A DNA stretch of 64,000 bases, taken from assembly GCA_017640445.1 (NCBI GenBank), contig JAEPQQ010000009.1:4013-68012 (forward strand), written 5' to 3'. A program made the position numbers and the translations under genes. Under the pieces are notes generated by a model that was given only the letters and a program-made list of their open reading frames with translations, had not been told where the DNA came from and did no database searches. This DNA comes from Bacteroidia bacterium. GTDB taxonomy: Bacteria > Bacteroidota > Bacteroidia > NS11-12g > UBA9320. Positions 40,335 through 51,199 of the stretch are shown piece by piece. How positions within the stretch are numbered: the stretch's first letter is position 1; each line of letters starts with the position of its first letter.

Positions 40335-40955
40335 TTGAAGCAGAAACAATGCATTTTGCCAAAATTTAAGCGATTTACATCAGGGGGAGCAGAGGTGTGT
40401 ATCTGGGAAAACGAACCGGGTGAAACACTAACGTTTACGCCCTCGGCTGAGGCGGAGGACATGAAGCCCAACCGCGCAGTTGAGTGGGTATCTAGTAGAA
40501 TGGCTTTGCAAGAATTGGGTGTTGACCTGTCATGCGTTAAGAAGGATGATTTTGGGAAGCCTCACATAACTAATTCGGAAGATCACATATCGATCAGTCA
40601 TTGTAAACAGTATGCAGCCGCCATTCGCAGTCCATTTGCCGTTGGAATCGATATCGAAGCGATTACGCCCAGAATTGAACGTATTGCCACACGGTTTGTG
40701 AATCCGAAAGAAGAAATAGTATTGGACAAAAATGACCGGCTAACCGCGTTGTACGTGTTATGGGGTGCCAAAGAGGCGTTGTATAAGCTGTATGGCAAGA
40801 AGGCGGTTGATTTCCGTGAGCACATGGTAGCATCCCCGTTTGACCTAGAAGAGCGTGGGAAGTTTTACATGGAGTTCCTAAAAGGTAAACCGATGTTATA
40901 CGTAATGCGCTACGAAGTGTTTGACAACCACGTAGCGGTGTGGGTAATGGAGTAG
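40335..40955 (+). CDS. 4-prime-phosphopantetheinyl transferase superfamily protein
   Basis: VGIDIEAI and LWGAKEALYKL motifs. No in-frame ATG near the N-terminus. TTG 40335 is taken from the ORF track, so the start is uncertain. Confidence 0.7.
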   Translation: MKQKQCILPKFKRFTSGGAEVCIWENEPGETLTFTPSAEAEDMKPNRAVEWVSSRMALQELGVDLSCVKKDDFGKPHITNSEDHISISHCKQYAAAIRSPFAVGIDIEAITPRIERIATRFVNPKEEIVLDKNDRLTALYVLWGAKEALYKLYGKKAVDFREHMVASPFDLEERGKFYMEFLKGKPMLYVMRYEVFDNHVAVWVME

Positions 40956-40965
40956 TAAGGGTGTT

Positions 40966-43089
40966 TTACTCTTTTAACCAGGCCTTGAACTTCTCCTGTC
41001 CATTACGGAGGAACGTGTCAAACTTTGTATAGTCAGGATCATAACCGCTAAAGGTCTCCAGGAGGTTTTCATCTGAGTCAAGAACGAAGTAAAACGGTTG
41101 CCCAATTTCACCAAATTGTTCTGAAAGACGGTATAAGTTTTGACGACCGATGGATTTGAGAACCTTTCCATCTTTATTGGTGATCCATTCGTCCTCAGGC
41201 AGTTCATGTTTCTCATCGCAGTACAACGACAAAACAATATAGTCGTTCTTTAACTGGTTCAGCACGGGAGGTTCGGGCCATACGTACTCTTCCATTTTTC
41301 GGCAGTTTGCACATGTATGACCAGTGAAGTCAACAAATACTGGTTTTTTGAGTTCTCGAGAAGCTTCGAATGCTTCATCATAATCAAAGTATTGATCAAT
41401 ACCTAAGTCATTAGCCACTTCAATGATGTCGGCATACTTATGCCCGGAGTGAGTTCCTTCAGATGGCTGATGTCCAGCTCCACCTGCCAGTACTTTGTAG
41501 TCTTGAGTAGATAATGGGGGTAAGAAGCCGGCAAGCGGTTTCAACGGAGCACCCCACATACCAGGAACAAGATATAGACCAAATGCGAAGACCGCTACAG
41601 CAACAAGAAATCGTGGTATTGGAATTCTAGGTAAGTCACTGTCATGTGGAAACTTGATCTTTCCTAGTAAATATAAGCCTAACAAAATGCTGAGTACGAT
41701 CCAAATAGAAAGGAATACATCTCGGTCAAGAATCCCCCAGTGATAGGCAAGATCGGCCTGCGACAAGAATTTGAAGGCAAGGGCCAACTCAAGGAATCCC
41801 AATACTACCTTTACTGAATTCAACCACCCGCCAGATTGAGGAAGACTGTTCAGCATGGAAGGGAAGAAGGCAAAAAGGCCAAATGGGAGTGCAAAGACCA
41901 GGGCAAACCCGAGCATTGCTACTACCGCCCGAATCGTTTCACCATCTGTAGCCAGAAGAGCTACGGTGCCAACAATGGGAGCGGTACAAGAGAACGAAAC
42001 CAATACCAGGGTAAACGCGATAAAGAATACGCCAACATATCCTCCCTTGTCTCCTTTTTGATCCATCTTGTTAACAAAACTTGCAGGTAGAGTCAATTCA
42101 AACATGCCAAGGAACGACATCGCGAAAATGATGAAAATCAGGAAGAAGAGAATGTTAGGAAGCCAGTGCGTACTCAGTGTGTAGGAGAATGTCTTTCCAA
42201 ATACGTTAGCGAGTACCACACCGAAGATAATGTAAATGGCAATGATCGAAAGGCCGTAGAACAGGGCTTTCTTTTTTCCTTTTGCACGGTCTGTCTCCTT
42301 GGTGAAGAAGGCCACCGTCATCGGAATCATTGGATATACGCAAGGGGTGAAGATGGCGCCCAGGCCACCTAAAACTCCAAGCAGGAAAAGACCCCACAAC
42401 GATTTATCCTTGGATTCGCCTTTTGAAGAGGCAGAATCTTCTTCTGTGTCTGTTTTTTCCGAAGTATTGTCTTTGTTAGCAACAGGGGTGGAGCTTGCGG
42501 TGTCGACATCACTCGTTTGGGAGCTAGTATCTTCTACCTGTTCGTCTCCGCTGTTACCACCGGTCTCATCGATGGTTTTGTCTGGTTGTTCAGGTGTTTC
42601 AGGAGTTGCCGCTTTTGCGGTTACCTTTAAGGCAGGCAAAGTGAACTCGTATGGGAAATCCAAACACATGGATTCGGAGCAAATCTGGTACCAAAATTCT
42701 CCACCAACACTAGGCGAAGGTCCGGTTATCTTTAGCGACTGTCGGAAGTCTGCTTTTTTAGAAAAGTCAGACACTTCGCATCCAAAGATTTCGTCTTGGT
42801 AAATATGAGGCTTGTATCCATCACGAATAGCACCAACAAACTCACAGTCTGTGAGTTTCAATGACTCGTACCATGGTTTTTTAGGTCCTACTTCGCAATC
42901 GCCCACATTGGCATAAATGTGCAAATGACTTGGAATTGCAGCTTCAAAAGTTATCTCAACTACGTCTCCCACAGAAGCCTCACTTTTGTCAAGTTTAATA
43001 GAAAAGTCTGCAGGCGTCACATCCTGACCCATCGCAACCACACTCGACAACAATAGAATTAGTCCAAAGATTTTTCTCATATTCCTCAT
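40966..43089 (-). CDS. dsbD: thiol:disulfide interchange protein DsbD family (N-terminal domain, CcdA-like TM core, C-terminal thioredoxin)
   Basis: QICSESMC in the N-domain, FTPCVYPMIP and SFSCTAPIV in the TM core, FTGHTCANCRKME in the C-terminal domain. An acidic Ser/Thr-rich linker follows the N-domain. Confidence 0.85.
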   Translation of the reverse strand: MRNMRKIFGLILLLSSVVAMGQDVTPADFSIKLDKSEASVGDVVEITFEAAIPSHLHIYANVGDCEVGPKKPWYESLKLTDCEFVGAIRDGYKPHIYQDEIFGCEVSDFSKKADFRQSLKITGPSPSVGGEFWYQICSESMCLDFPYEFTLPALKVTAKAATPETPEQPDKTIDETGGNSGDEQVEDTSSQTSDVDTASSTPVANKDNTSEKTDTEEDSASSKGESKDKSLWGLFLLGVLGGLGAIFTPCVYPMIPMTVAFFTKETDRAKGKKKALFYGLSIIAIYIIFGVVLANVFGKTFSYTLSTHWLPNILFFLIFIIFAMSFLGMFELTLPASFVNKMDQKGDKGGYVGVFFIAFTLVLVSFSCTAPIVGTVALLATDGETIRAVVAMLGFALVFALPFGLFAFFPSMLNSLPQSGGWLNSVKVVLGFLELALAFKFLSQADLAYHWGILDRDVFLSIWIVLSILLGLYLLGKIKFPHDSDLPRIPIPRFLVAVAVFAFGLYLVPGMWGAPLKPLAGFLPPLSTQDYKVLAGGAGHQPSEGTHSGHKYADIIEVANDLGIDQYFDYDEAFEASRELKKPVFVDFTGHTCANCRKMEEYVWPEPPVLNQLKNDYIVLSLYCDEKHELPEDEWITNKDGKVLKSIGRQNLYRLSEQFGEIGQPFYFVLDSDENLLETFSGYDPDYTKFDTFLRNGQEKFKAWLKE

Positions 43090-43360
43090 TTGTATCTGAA
43101 CAAGGCGATTCTTGACAAACCAATTTTAAATACCTTGTTACTCACTTTATTCTGGCACCAAAGATGGCAAATAATTCTCATAAAAAACGAGAAGAAGCAT
43201 AAGAAGATTCTATAGCTTCATAGAAGAATACAACACGAATCATGCCGGTTTCGTTTTATACCTACTACTTACACAAACTACACTTTGGTTTACCAAATTG
43301 TGTAAAAGTGAATAATTAAGCAGGTTTGGGCGTATTGCGCCTCTTAATTTCGTGATGTTT

Positions 43361-44707
43361 ATGAAACACCTATTTGTTTTAGTAATAAGCCTTGTTAGCC
43401 TTGGCTCATCTATTCTTGGTCAAACAAAAATAACCCGCCAACAGTACATCGATACGTACAAGGCAATGGCCATTAATGAGATGCACCGGGGCGGTGTTCC
43501 GGCCAGTATTACCATGGCTCAGGGAATTTTGGAAAGCAGCGATGGAAACAGCCGTCTTGCCCGATTGGGTAACAATCACTTTGGCATAAAGTGTAAAAGT
43601 ACCTGGAAAGGGAAGACCATGAAGGCAGACGACGATGCGCCGAATGAGTGCTTTCGAGCGTACGATTCTCCTGAAGAGTCGTATCGCGATCACTCCGATT
43701 TCTTACGTAACAACTGGCGTTACCACGAGCTGTTCGATCTTGACATTACCGACTACAAAGGATGGGCACGCGGACTCAGAAAAGCGGGATATGCCACCAA
43801 TAAGAGTTACCATACCATCATTATAAACCTGATTGAACGCCACGAACTATACAAACTGGACATTGCGCAGCCTCAACCATTGGTAACCAAGCCGTTGGTG
43901 CTTCAAAACGAAGTGCCTGTTGTGTATGCCGAAAAAGATGAGACACTTGAGAGCATAGCCCGGGAAAACGATCTGACCGATCGGCAGATATACAAATACA
44001 ACGACCTGGATGAAGGTCAGTCTATCACCGAAGGAGACATCATTTACCTCAAACCAAAGCGTAGAAGAGGTTCTCAAAAGTTTCATACGGTAAAGCCCGA
44101 TGAATCGATGTACCAGATTGCTCAACAATACGGTATCAAGCTCAAACACCTCTACAGACGAAACCGCCTGGAAGAAGGGTTGGAACCTGTTGAAGGAAGT
44201 AAGCTCTATATGAGAGGCAAGCGGTCGAAAACGGATTCGCTGGATGTTAAAACCACCGAAGAGGTGAAAGAACTAAAGGAGAAATTCGTAAATCCTCATT
44301 CACTTGAGATCGAAAAGGCCGATCCTATTGAGAAAGAAAACATTGAACTTCCTCCATACCATGTGGTGCAAAAAGGAGATAATATCTACCGCATCGCGGA
44401 GAAATACCACGTGTTTGAAGAAGACATTCTGAAGTGGAACAAGATCAACGCGCTTGAGCTTACACTGGGTCAAAAGATTTATCTGACAGAAGAAACAGCG
44501 AAAGCCGCATTTGCGGATGGAGGCGACAGCCCATCTAAGGCCGATAACCCTGTTGTTCCTGCAACCAAGTACCATGTGGTAGTAAAAGGGGAGACGGTGT
44601 ACCGAATCACTCAGAAATACGGAATTACAGCAGAACAGCTGCGTGCATGGAACGGATTATCGGGTAATCAGATTAACGTAGGGCAGAAACTGAAGGTGTC
44701 TGAATGA
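43361..44707 (+). CDS. glucosaminidase (GH73-like) with four LysM domains
   Basis: ASITMAQGILESSDGNSRLARLGNNHFGIK and GYATNKSYHTIIINLIE, then four LysM repeats (e.g. YHVVQKGDNIYRIAEKY...). Confidence 0.8.
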   Translation: MKHLFVLVISLVSLGSSILGQTKITRQQYIDTYKAMAINEMHRGGVPASITMAQGILESSDGNSRLARLGNNHFGIKCKSTWKGKTMKADDDAPNECFRAYDSPEESYRDHSDFLRNNWRYHELFDLDITDYKGWARGLRKAGYATNKSYHTIIINLIERHELYKLDIAQPQPLVTKPLVLQNEVPVVYAEKDETLESIARENDLTDRQIYKYNDLDEGQSITEGDIIYLKPKRRRGSQKFHTVKPDESMYQIAQQYGIKLKHLYRRNRLEEGLEPVEGSKLYMRGKRSKTDSLDVKTTEEVKELKEKFVNPHSLEIEKADPIEKENIELPPYHVVQKGDNIYRIAEKYHVFEEDILKWNKINALELTLGQKIYLTEETAKAAFADGGDSPSKADNPVVPATKYHVVVKGETVYRITQKYGITAEQLRAWNGLSGNQINVGQKLKVSE

Positions 44708-46155
44708 GTGCCGAAGCGAATCTTGCCATTCTAATCGGTTACTTCCTGGTGCTGATGCTGATCTCCTGGTTCGCAGGAAGGGATGCAGATGAAAAGTCGT
44801 TTTATCACGGAAATAAGAAATCTCCCTGGTTTTTAGTGGCCTTTGGCATGATTGGAGCGTCGTTATCCGGCGTTACGTTCATCTCCATACCTGGTTGGGT
44901 GGAAGCCAGTCATTTCGGGTATATGCAAACCGTTTTTGGCTATATGATCGGTTATATGGTCATTGCCTGGGTTTTGCTCCCGTTATACTATCGGTTAAGA
45001 CTAACTTCTATTTATACGTATTTGGAGCAACGATATGGTGACTATGGATATAAAACGGGCGCAGCTTACTTCATTATTTCGAGAGTGGTTGGTGCTTCGT
45101 TCCGATTGTTTCTGGTTGCAGAGGTGTTGCACATGGCAATTTTTGATCATTTCGGACTTGCCTATTGGATGACGGTGGCAATTACCATCCTGCTCATCTT
45201 TACCTATACCACAAAAAGCGGTATTAAAACGGTGGTTTATACCGATGTGTTTCAAACCTCGTTTATGATTCTGGCTGTGTTGCTTACCATTGCCTTCATT
45301 GCGAACGCGCTGGGTCTGGATTTTTCAGGCATGGTTGAACGTTTGAAGTCCGACCCCAATACGCAGATTTTCCATATGGACTGGAAAAGCGGAAACTTCT
45401 TTTGGAAGCAATTTATTGGCGGCGCGTTTATTGCATTGGTAATGACTGGCCTTGATCAGGATATGATGCAGAAGAACCTGAGTATCAAAAACATTGGTTC
45501 AGCGCAAAAGAACATTTACGCTCAAATGGTTATGTTCATCGTAGTGAACCTGGTCTTCCTATGTCTAGGCGCACTACTCTATCAGTACAAAGCACATATG
45601 GGTATCGATGGAGTTGAGCAAACCGATAAATTGTTTCCGATTATTGCCTTGAAGTATGGCGGTCCTCTGGTAGGCCTATTTTTTATTCTTGGTCTGGTGG
45701 CCGCAGCATACTCGAGTGCAGATAGTGCCTTAACGGCTTTAACCACAAGTTTTTGTGTCGACTTTTTAGGTTTTGAACGGACGAAACCAACAAATAAACG
45801 AACCCGAAGAATAGTTCATTTCTCCTTTGCTTTGGTGCTGTTTTTGACCATCATCATATTCAATGGTTTAAATAATGATGCGGTGATCAAACAATTATTC
45901 ACTGCCGCTGGTTTTACCTATGGTCCTTTATTAGGATTGTTTTTCTTTGGGATTCTAACCAAGATTCAGATTAAAGACATATGGATCGTACCCATCACAA
46001 TAATCTCTATTGGACTTACGTGGTTGTACTACGCCTATTCTCCAACCTGGATCGACGGATATAAACCTGGGTTTGAGTTAATCCTCATCAATGGATTGCT
46101 TACCTTCGGCATGTTGTATCTGGCTCGAGAAACCAAGCACACGCAAACAATTTGA
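44704..46155 (+). CDS. sodium:solute symporter family transporter
   Basis: About 13 TM segments and an SSF-like N-terminal pattern (SFYHGNKKSPWFLVAFGMIGASLSGVTFISIPG). ATGA overlap with the upstream gene. Confidence 0.8.
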   Translation: MSAEANLAILIGYFLVLMLISWFAGRDADEKSFYHGNKKSPWFLVAFGMIGASLSGVTFISIPGWVEASHFGYMQTVFGYMIGYMVIAWVLLPLYYRLRLTSIYTYLEQRYGDYGYKTGAAYFIISRVVGASFRLFLVAEVLHMAIFDHFGLAYWMTVAITILLIFTYTTKSGIKTVVYTDVFQTSFMILAVLLTIAFIANALGLDFSGMVERLKSDPNTQIFHMDWKSGNFFWKQFIGGAFIALVMTGLDQDMMQKNLSIKNIGSAQKNIYAQMVMFIVVNLVFLCLGALLYQYKAHMGIDGVEQTDKLFPIIALKYGGPLVGLFFILGLVAAAYSSADSALTALTTSFCVDFLGFERTKPTNKRTRRIVHFSFALVLFLTIIIFNGLNNDAVIKQLFTAAGFTYGPLLGLFFFGILTKIQIKDIWIVPITIISIGLTWLYYAYSPTWIDGYKPGFELILINGLLTFGMLYLARETKHTQTI

Positions 46156-46164
46156 TAACGATAT

Positions 46165-46872
46165 ATGACGAACGAAAAGCGAATTAAGAAAGCATTTGAA
46201 ATTAAGAACTGGCCCGAGATTAAGAGCTCCGACAGTTGGAACATATTTAAGGTAATGGCCGAATTTGTTGAAGGCTACGATACATTGGCAAAGATTGGAC
46301 CTTGTGTGTCGGTCTTTGGTTCAGCACGAACCCAACCAGGCAACCCGTACTACGAAATGGCTACCGAAATTGGCCAAAAGTTAGCAGCTGCAGGTTTAGG
46401 AGTTATTACCGGTGGTGGTCCTGGAATTATGGAGGCTGGTAACCTTGGAGCAAGCCAGGAAAAAGGAGCGTCCGTAGGATTGAACATCGAATTGCCGTTT
46501 GAGCAATCTGCCAATCCATACATTGACCAGGATAAACTTATTAATTTCAACTTCTTCTTTGTTCGTAAGGTAATGTTCATGAAGTACGCTCAGGGTTTTA
46601 TTGTCCTGCCAGGTGGCTTTGGAACATTGGATGAGTTGTTTGAAGCACTTACTCTGGTGCAGACTCAGAAGACAGCAAAGTTTCCAATCATTTTGGTGGG
46701 GAGCTCATTCTGGTCGGGTTTGATCGACTGGATTCAGGAAGTGATGTTGGAGAAGGAAGCCAACGTAAGCCCTGAAGATATGTACTTGTTTAAAGTGGTA
46801 GACACAGCAGAAGAGGCGGTAAACGAAATCTTCGAGTTCTACAGCAAGTACAGCATGAGTTTGAATTTCTAA
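46165..46872 (+). CDS. LOG family / TIGR00730 Rossmann-fold protein
   Basis: VSVFGSAR, ITGGGPGIMEA and VLPGGFGTLDELFE motifs. Confidence 0.85.
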   Translation: MTNEKRIKKAFEIKNWPEIKSSDSWNIFKVMAEFVEGYDTLAKIGPCVSVFGSARTQPGNPYYEMATEIGQKLAAAGLGVITGGGPGIMEAGNLGASQEKGASVGLNIELPFEQSANPYIDQDKLINFNFFFVRKVMFMKYAQGFIVLPGGFGTLDELFEALTLVQTQKTAKFPIILVGSSFWSGLIDWIQEVMLEKEANVSPEDMYLFKVVDTAEEAVNEIFEFYSKYSMSLNF

Positions 46873-46935
46873 TTTACCTTTGCTCAATGGTTTTCGGCAG
46901 GCCGTTTCGGTCTGTTGAAGTTATGATTCAACCCA

Positions 46936-48282
46936 TTGGATAAATTTTTAGATACGATTGTTGCACCTGCAACACCTGCGGGCATATCTGCAATTTCGGT
47001 TGTACGTGTTTCCGGGAAAGAAGCCATTGCATTGGTGGATTCTTGTTTTACCAAGAATGTTTCTGACCAGCCGGGCTACACTATTCACTATGGCTACATT
47101 CGAGATGGGGAGACCCACATCGACGAGGTGTTGATTAGCTTGTTCCGAGCCCCGAGTTCGTATACAGGTGAAGACTCCGTGGAGATTTCGTGCCATGGTT
47201 CGCCTTATATTGTGAAGCGGGTGTTAGAGACCCTGGTGAAACATGGTGGTCGTATGGCCGAGCCAGGAGAATTTACCCTGCGCGCCTTTCTCAATCAAAA
47301 ACTTGATCTTGCTCAGGCGGAGGCCGTGGCCGACATGATTCATAGTAACAGTGAAGCAAGTCTGCAAATGGCCATTAGCCAGATCCGAGGTGGTTTTAGC
47401 GATGATATACGGTATCTGCGACAGGAGTTAATCGACTTTGCAGCCTTGATCGAGTTGGAAAACGATTTTGGTGAGGAGGACGTGGAATTCGCCAACCGAC
47501 CTAAGTTGAAAGCGCTGGTTGAGAAGTTACTTACCCAAATTGAGAAGCTGCGATCGTCGTTTGCTGCAGGGAACGTACTAAAGAACGGCATCAATACCGT
47601 TATTGCCGGTAAACCGAATGCGGGTAAAAGTACGTTGTTGAATGCCTTACTTCGGGAGGAACGCGCCATCGTTTCTGATATTGAAGGTACCACACGCGAC
47701 ACGATTGAAGAGATTTTTGTACTCGATGGTGTGCAGTTTCGTCTGATCGATACTGCCGGTTTACGGGAAAGCACGGACAGCATTGAGCAGATTGGTGTAG
47801 GACGAACCAAGGAGTCGATTCAGAAGGCTGAGTTATTGATTTACCTATTTGATATAACGCGAACTTCCGCGGAAGAGCTTAAGGAAGAAATAGCAGGTTT
47901 ACCACAATTGGATCGAACTATTCTAGTGGCCAACAAGGTCGATGGGGCCGAGGTTCAGTCAGAAAAATGGCCGGATAATACGGTGTTTATTTCAGCAAAG
48001 GACAGATCGATTGATTCATTAATAGCCGCTTTAAAAGATGTGGTAGCACACTACGAGTTTGGGAACGAAACCATCATCAATAATGCACGTCATGCCGACG
48101 CATTGGCAAAGAGCTCGGAGGCATTGCAAACAGTGTTGTCGGGGCTGGATTCGGGCATAACCAGTGACCTGGTAGCATTGGACATTCGAAATGCATTACA
48201 TCACCTGGGCCTGATCACCGGAGAAGTCACCAACGACGAAGTGCTGGATAGCATTTTTGGACGGTTTTGTATTGGTAAGTAA
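46936..48282 (+). CDS. mnmE: tRNA uridine-5-carboxymethylaminomethyl modification GTPase MnmE
   Basis: DTIVAPATPAGISAISVVRVSG, G-domain GKPNAGKSTLLN / DTAGLRE / NKVD, and the C-terminal FCIGK. Apparent TTG start, since the nearby ATG at 46923 is out of frame and terminates. Confidence 0.92.
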   Translation: MDKFLDTIVAPATPAGISAISVVRVSGKEAIALVDSCFTKNVSDQPGYTIHYGYIRDGETHIDEVLISLFRAPSSYTGEDSVEISCHGSPYIVKRVLETLVKHGGRMAEPGEFTLRAFLNQKLDLAQAEAVADMIHSNSEASLQMAISQIRGGFSDDIRYLRQELIDFAALIELENDFGEEDVEFANRPKLKALVEKLLTQIEKLRSSFAAGNVLKNGINTVIAGKPNAGKSTLLNALLREERAIVSDIEGTTRDTIEEIFVLDGVQFRLIDTAGLRESTDSIEQIGVGRTKESIQKAELLIYLFDITRTSAEELKEEIAGLPQLDRTILVANKVDGAEVQSEKWPDNTVFISAKDRSIDSLIAALKDVVAHYEFGNETIINNARHADALAKSSEALQTVLSGLDSGITSDLVALDIRNALHHLGLITGEVTNDEVLDSIFGRFCIGK

Positions 48283-48415
48283 TCAATACCTTATTTCGAG
48301 GTTGGGGACAATCATCTCCTTAATCCCACCACGCAAGGAAATTTCCCTTTTTCAATCGTAAGAGTAACAGAACCGATATATTTGCTCGTACGATTAAAAG
48401 GTAATGTAAAGAGCA

Positions 48416-49285
48416 ATGAAAAAGGCACTTGTTTGGGTTCTATCCATCGTTTTGGCACTGGCAGCAATGATTTATCAGAGAAGCACCGGGCCGACATATG
48501 AATACAAAGGCTACGTTGAGCACAATGGCGAGAAGCATAAGTATGAACTTTTACGTACACACGAAACGACTGGCGGAGCTTCCATTGAGATGCCCTACAT
48601 CAAGGATGCAGATATGAACGCAACGTTGAATTACAAGCGTTATCAAACGAGTGATTCCATTACCACACTAAACTTTGAACTAAACAGCGACAACCAGTTT
48701 GTTGCTCAATTACCCGTACAACCTGCAGCAGGTAAAATGGAATACTATGTAACCGGTAGTATTGGTGGTAAGGCATTCAGCATTCCCGAAGAAGGGAAAG
48801 ATAAGATCGTACTTCGATACAAGGACCCTGTATCTGATTTTATACTGATACCACACGTTTGTATGATGATCATTGTAATCATCTTTGGTATTCGAGCTGG
48901 ATTGAGCGTTCTCTTCGACCCAAATACCATGCGTAAATGGACGGTGGTTGCCTTCTCAGCCATGACGCTGGGGGGAATGATTTTAGGACCATTAGTGCAG
49001 AAAAGCGCGTTTGGAGAATATTGGACCGGCTTCCCGTATGGAGGAGATTTTACCGATAACAAAATGCTCATCATGTGGCTGGCATGGGCAATCGCCCTGG
49101 CCATTATTGGCTTCAAGCCCAAAAAGAAGGAAAACATCAGTCGCGCTGCGGTGCTAACAGCGGCGATAGTTATGACTGTGGTCTATCTAATTCCACATAG
49201 CATGGGAGGGTCTACACTTGATTACGAACAGGTAGACAAGGGTATTGATCCAAAGGAAGCAATCCGAACCGGGGCTGAAGAGTAG
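48416..49285 (+). CDS. hypothetical membrane protein
   Basis: Signal anchor, about 130-aa extracytoplasmic domain, then 4-5 TM helices. No family recognised. Confidence 0.5.
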   Translation: MKKALVWVLSIVLALAAMIYQRSTGPTYEYKGYVEHNGEKHKYELLRTHETTGGASIEMPYIKDADMNATLNYKRYQTSDSITTLNFELNSDNQFVAQLPVQPAAGKMEYYVTGSIGGKAFSIPEEGKDKIVLRYKDPVSDFILIPHVCMMIIVIIFGIRAGLSVLFDPNTMRKWTVVAFSAMTLGGMILGPLVQKSAFGEYWTGFPYGGDFTDNKMLIMWLAWAIALAIIGFKPKKKENISRAAVLTAAIVMTVVYLIPHSMGGSTLDYEQVDKGIDPKEAIRTGAEE

Positions 49286-49318
49286 ACCTAAGACGATCCA
49301 CTTTAAATACACCTGCAT

Positions 49319-49765
49319 ATGATAGCGAATTGGGTTCATGTCATGCTCGTCCATGTGGCGGTTCTTGGAACGCCTTGGTTGCTGTTTAAAGTGTTGCGCC
49401 ATCGAAAGGCACCAATGGATTCTGCTCCGTGGAAAACCACGTTTATGGCTTCCATCGTTTTAGCAGTGCTTACGGTTGCATCGTACTTTACAGGACCCGA
49501 AGCGGCGGAGTGGACCAAGCAGGTTTTAGCCAATTTTCCGCAGGACCATGTGGAGGACCACGCCCTATGGGGAAGAGTAGGTATGGTTATTCAGGGTATT
49601 GCAGGACTACTCGGTATCATGGGATGGGCAAGTATTGCTCAGGAAGAAGTGCCTGACCGAAGAATTTCAGTTATTCTGATCACCTTGCTCATTGTTAATA
49701 CCCTGGTTCTCATCTATACCGCGCATCTTGGCGGTTTTATCCGAAGAATGGATTTGGCGTTTTAA
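49319..49765 (+). CDS. hypothetical membrane protein (4 TM, several conserved-looking His)
   Basis: 148-aa ORF 33 nt after the previous gene. No family confidently recognised. Confidence 0.5.
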   Translation: MIANWVHVMLVHVAVLGTPWLLFKVLRHRKAPMDSAPWKTTFMASIVLAVLTVASYFTGPEAAEWTKQVLANFPQDHVEDHALWGRVGMVIQGIAGLLGIMGWASIAQEEVPDRRISVILITLLIVNTLVLIYTAHLGGFIRRMDLAF

Positions 49766-49796
49766 GGCACCCTGAGAAAAGGAAACACTCAGTTCT

Positions 49797-50936
49797 TTAT
49801 TGACCCATGGTTAACCACCATTTGGCTGTTGGAAATTCAGAGACGTTGTTCAGTAAAATCGACTCTCCCATTTGCGGTGTGGCCAATGGCACATCCTTTT
49901 TCTTTGCTTCGGCCGAAATTCGCTCAATTGGGTCGGTCCAACTATGAGTAGCCAGGGCGAAAGCACCCCAGTGAATTGGCACAATTAAGGCGACGCGAAG
50001 ATCAATGGCTGCCTGCACCGATTCCTCTGGCATCATGTGAACGTCCCTCCAAAGCTCGTTGTATTGTCCGCATTCCATTAGCCCTACGTCAAACGGGCCA
50101 TACTTGTTTCCAATCTCTTTGAAGTGTTTTCCATATCCACCATCCCCACTAAAATAGAGGTTCTTGCTTGAGCCTTTTATGATCCAGGATCCCCATAAGG
50201 TAGCGGATTGGTCCGTCAGTCCCCTGCCCGACATGTGCCGCGAAGGTGTTAATACGATCGTTAGATTCTTGTAGGATTCTTCCTGCCACCAATCCATCTC
50301 TGAGATGCGACTTTCATCAATTTCCCACCGCTTAAGGTGGTTGCTTACTCCAAGTGGGACAAAAAAGTGATCTACCTTGTCTTTTAATTCTTTTATGGAT
50401 TCATAATCCAAATGGTCATAGTGGTCGTGTGATATAATAACCGCATCAATGGCCGAAAGGTCTGAAATGGATATCGGCATTTTACTGTTGAAACGTTTTC
50501 GACCCAACCATGGGTGAGGTGCGGCATATTGACTAAACACCGGATCCATGAGTACCTTTTTGCCATCAATTTCAATAAGGAAAGAGGAATGCCCAAGCCA
50601 GGTTATCCTTGTCGTTGAATCCGCTAGTGCGGAAAGGCTTTTGGGGTTTATGTCTTTAACCTCCAAGTTGACCTTGGGGGCAACGTTGGGGTCTGGGTTC
50701 ATGGTTTCTTTGAGCATCGCCGTAATGCTGTGGCAGTTCAGTTCCATAACGATTTCTTCGTCATTTAAGAATACATCGTCTGCGTAATGCCCCGACTGCG
50801 CATAAGCCACTTTCTGGTCGTCGGTTACACTACCTCCAAACTGCGGACTAATGTTTAAGAACGCTATGCCAATAAGTACGATCAATAACACAATGGAGCC
50901 CAGACCGATAAAGAACCTTTTAAAAAACTTTTTCAT
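49797..50936 (-). CDS. MBL fold metallo-hydrolase (NAPE-PLD-like)
   Basis: N-terminal TM anchor, WLGHSSFLI and ISHDHYDHLD metal-binding motifs. Confidence 0.8.
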   Translation of the reverse strand: MKKFFKRFFIGLGSIVLLIVLIGIAFLNISPQFGGSVTDDQKVAYAQSGHYADDVFLNDEEIVMELNCHSITAMLKETMNPDPNVAPKVNLEVKDINPKSLSALADSTTRITWLGHSSFLIEIDGKKVLMDPVFSQYAAPHPWLGRKRFNSKMPISISDLSAIDAVIISHDHYDHLDYESIKELKDKVDHFFVPLGVSNHLKRWEIDESRISEMDWWQEESYKNLTIVLTPSRHMSGRGLTDQSATLWGSWIIKGSSKNLYFSGDGGYGKHFKEIGNKYGPFDVGLMECGQYNELWRDVHMMPEESVQAAIDLRVALIVPIHWGAFALATHSWTDPIERISAEAKKKDVPLATPQMGESILLNNVSEFPTAKWWLTMGQ

Positions 50937-51199
50937 TCTCTGTGTTTTTACACTCGCCAGGAGTGATGTTCAACAAGGGTACGAGAAATTTTGAAATAAA
51001 CATGGTTAGAATCAACGTGCCTCAATCATTTCGTGAAAGATTCAATACCGGAAGCATAAAAACAAGGGCGTAATAACATCTATCCTGGCTTCCACACAGT
51101 CTTAAACAATGGAAATCGATAATGATCAAAAACATGATTTTTGAACAAAAAACATCGATTTTGGCTCTTTTTTAGCTCAATTTGGCTAATTTTCGATAG

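Noticed and set aside
42299-42802. 167-aa plus-strand ORF antisense to dsbD.
   Set aside because: It coincides with the low-complexity acidic/Ser-Thr linker of DsbD, where the absence of stops on the opposite strand is expected. There are no motifs.
46873-48415. Checked the mnmE flanks for a replication origin, since mnmE is often near oriC/dnaA in other phyla.
   Set aside because: I saw no cluster of TTATCCACA-like DnaA boxes or an AT-rich unwinding element, and dnaA, rnpA, yidC and mnmG are not in the window.
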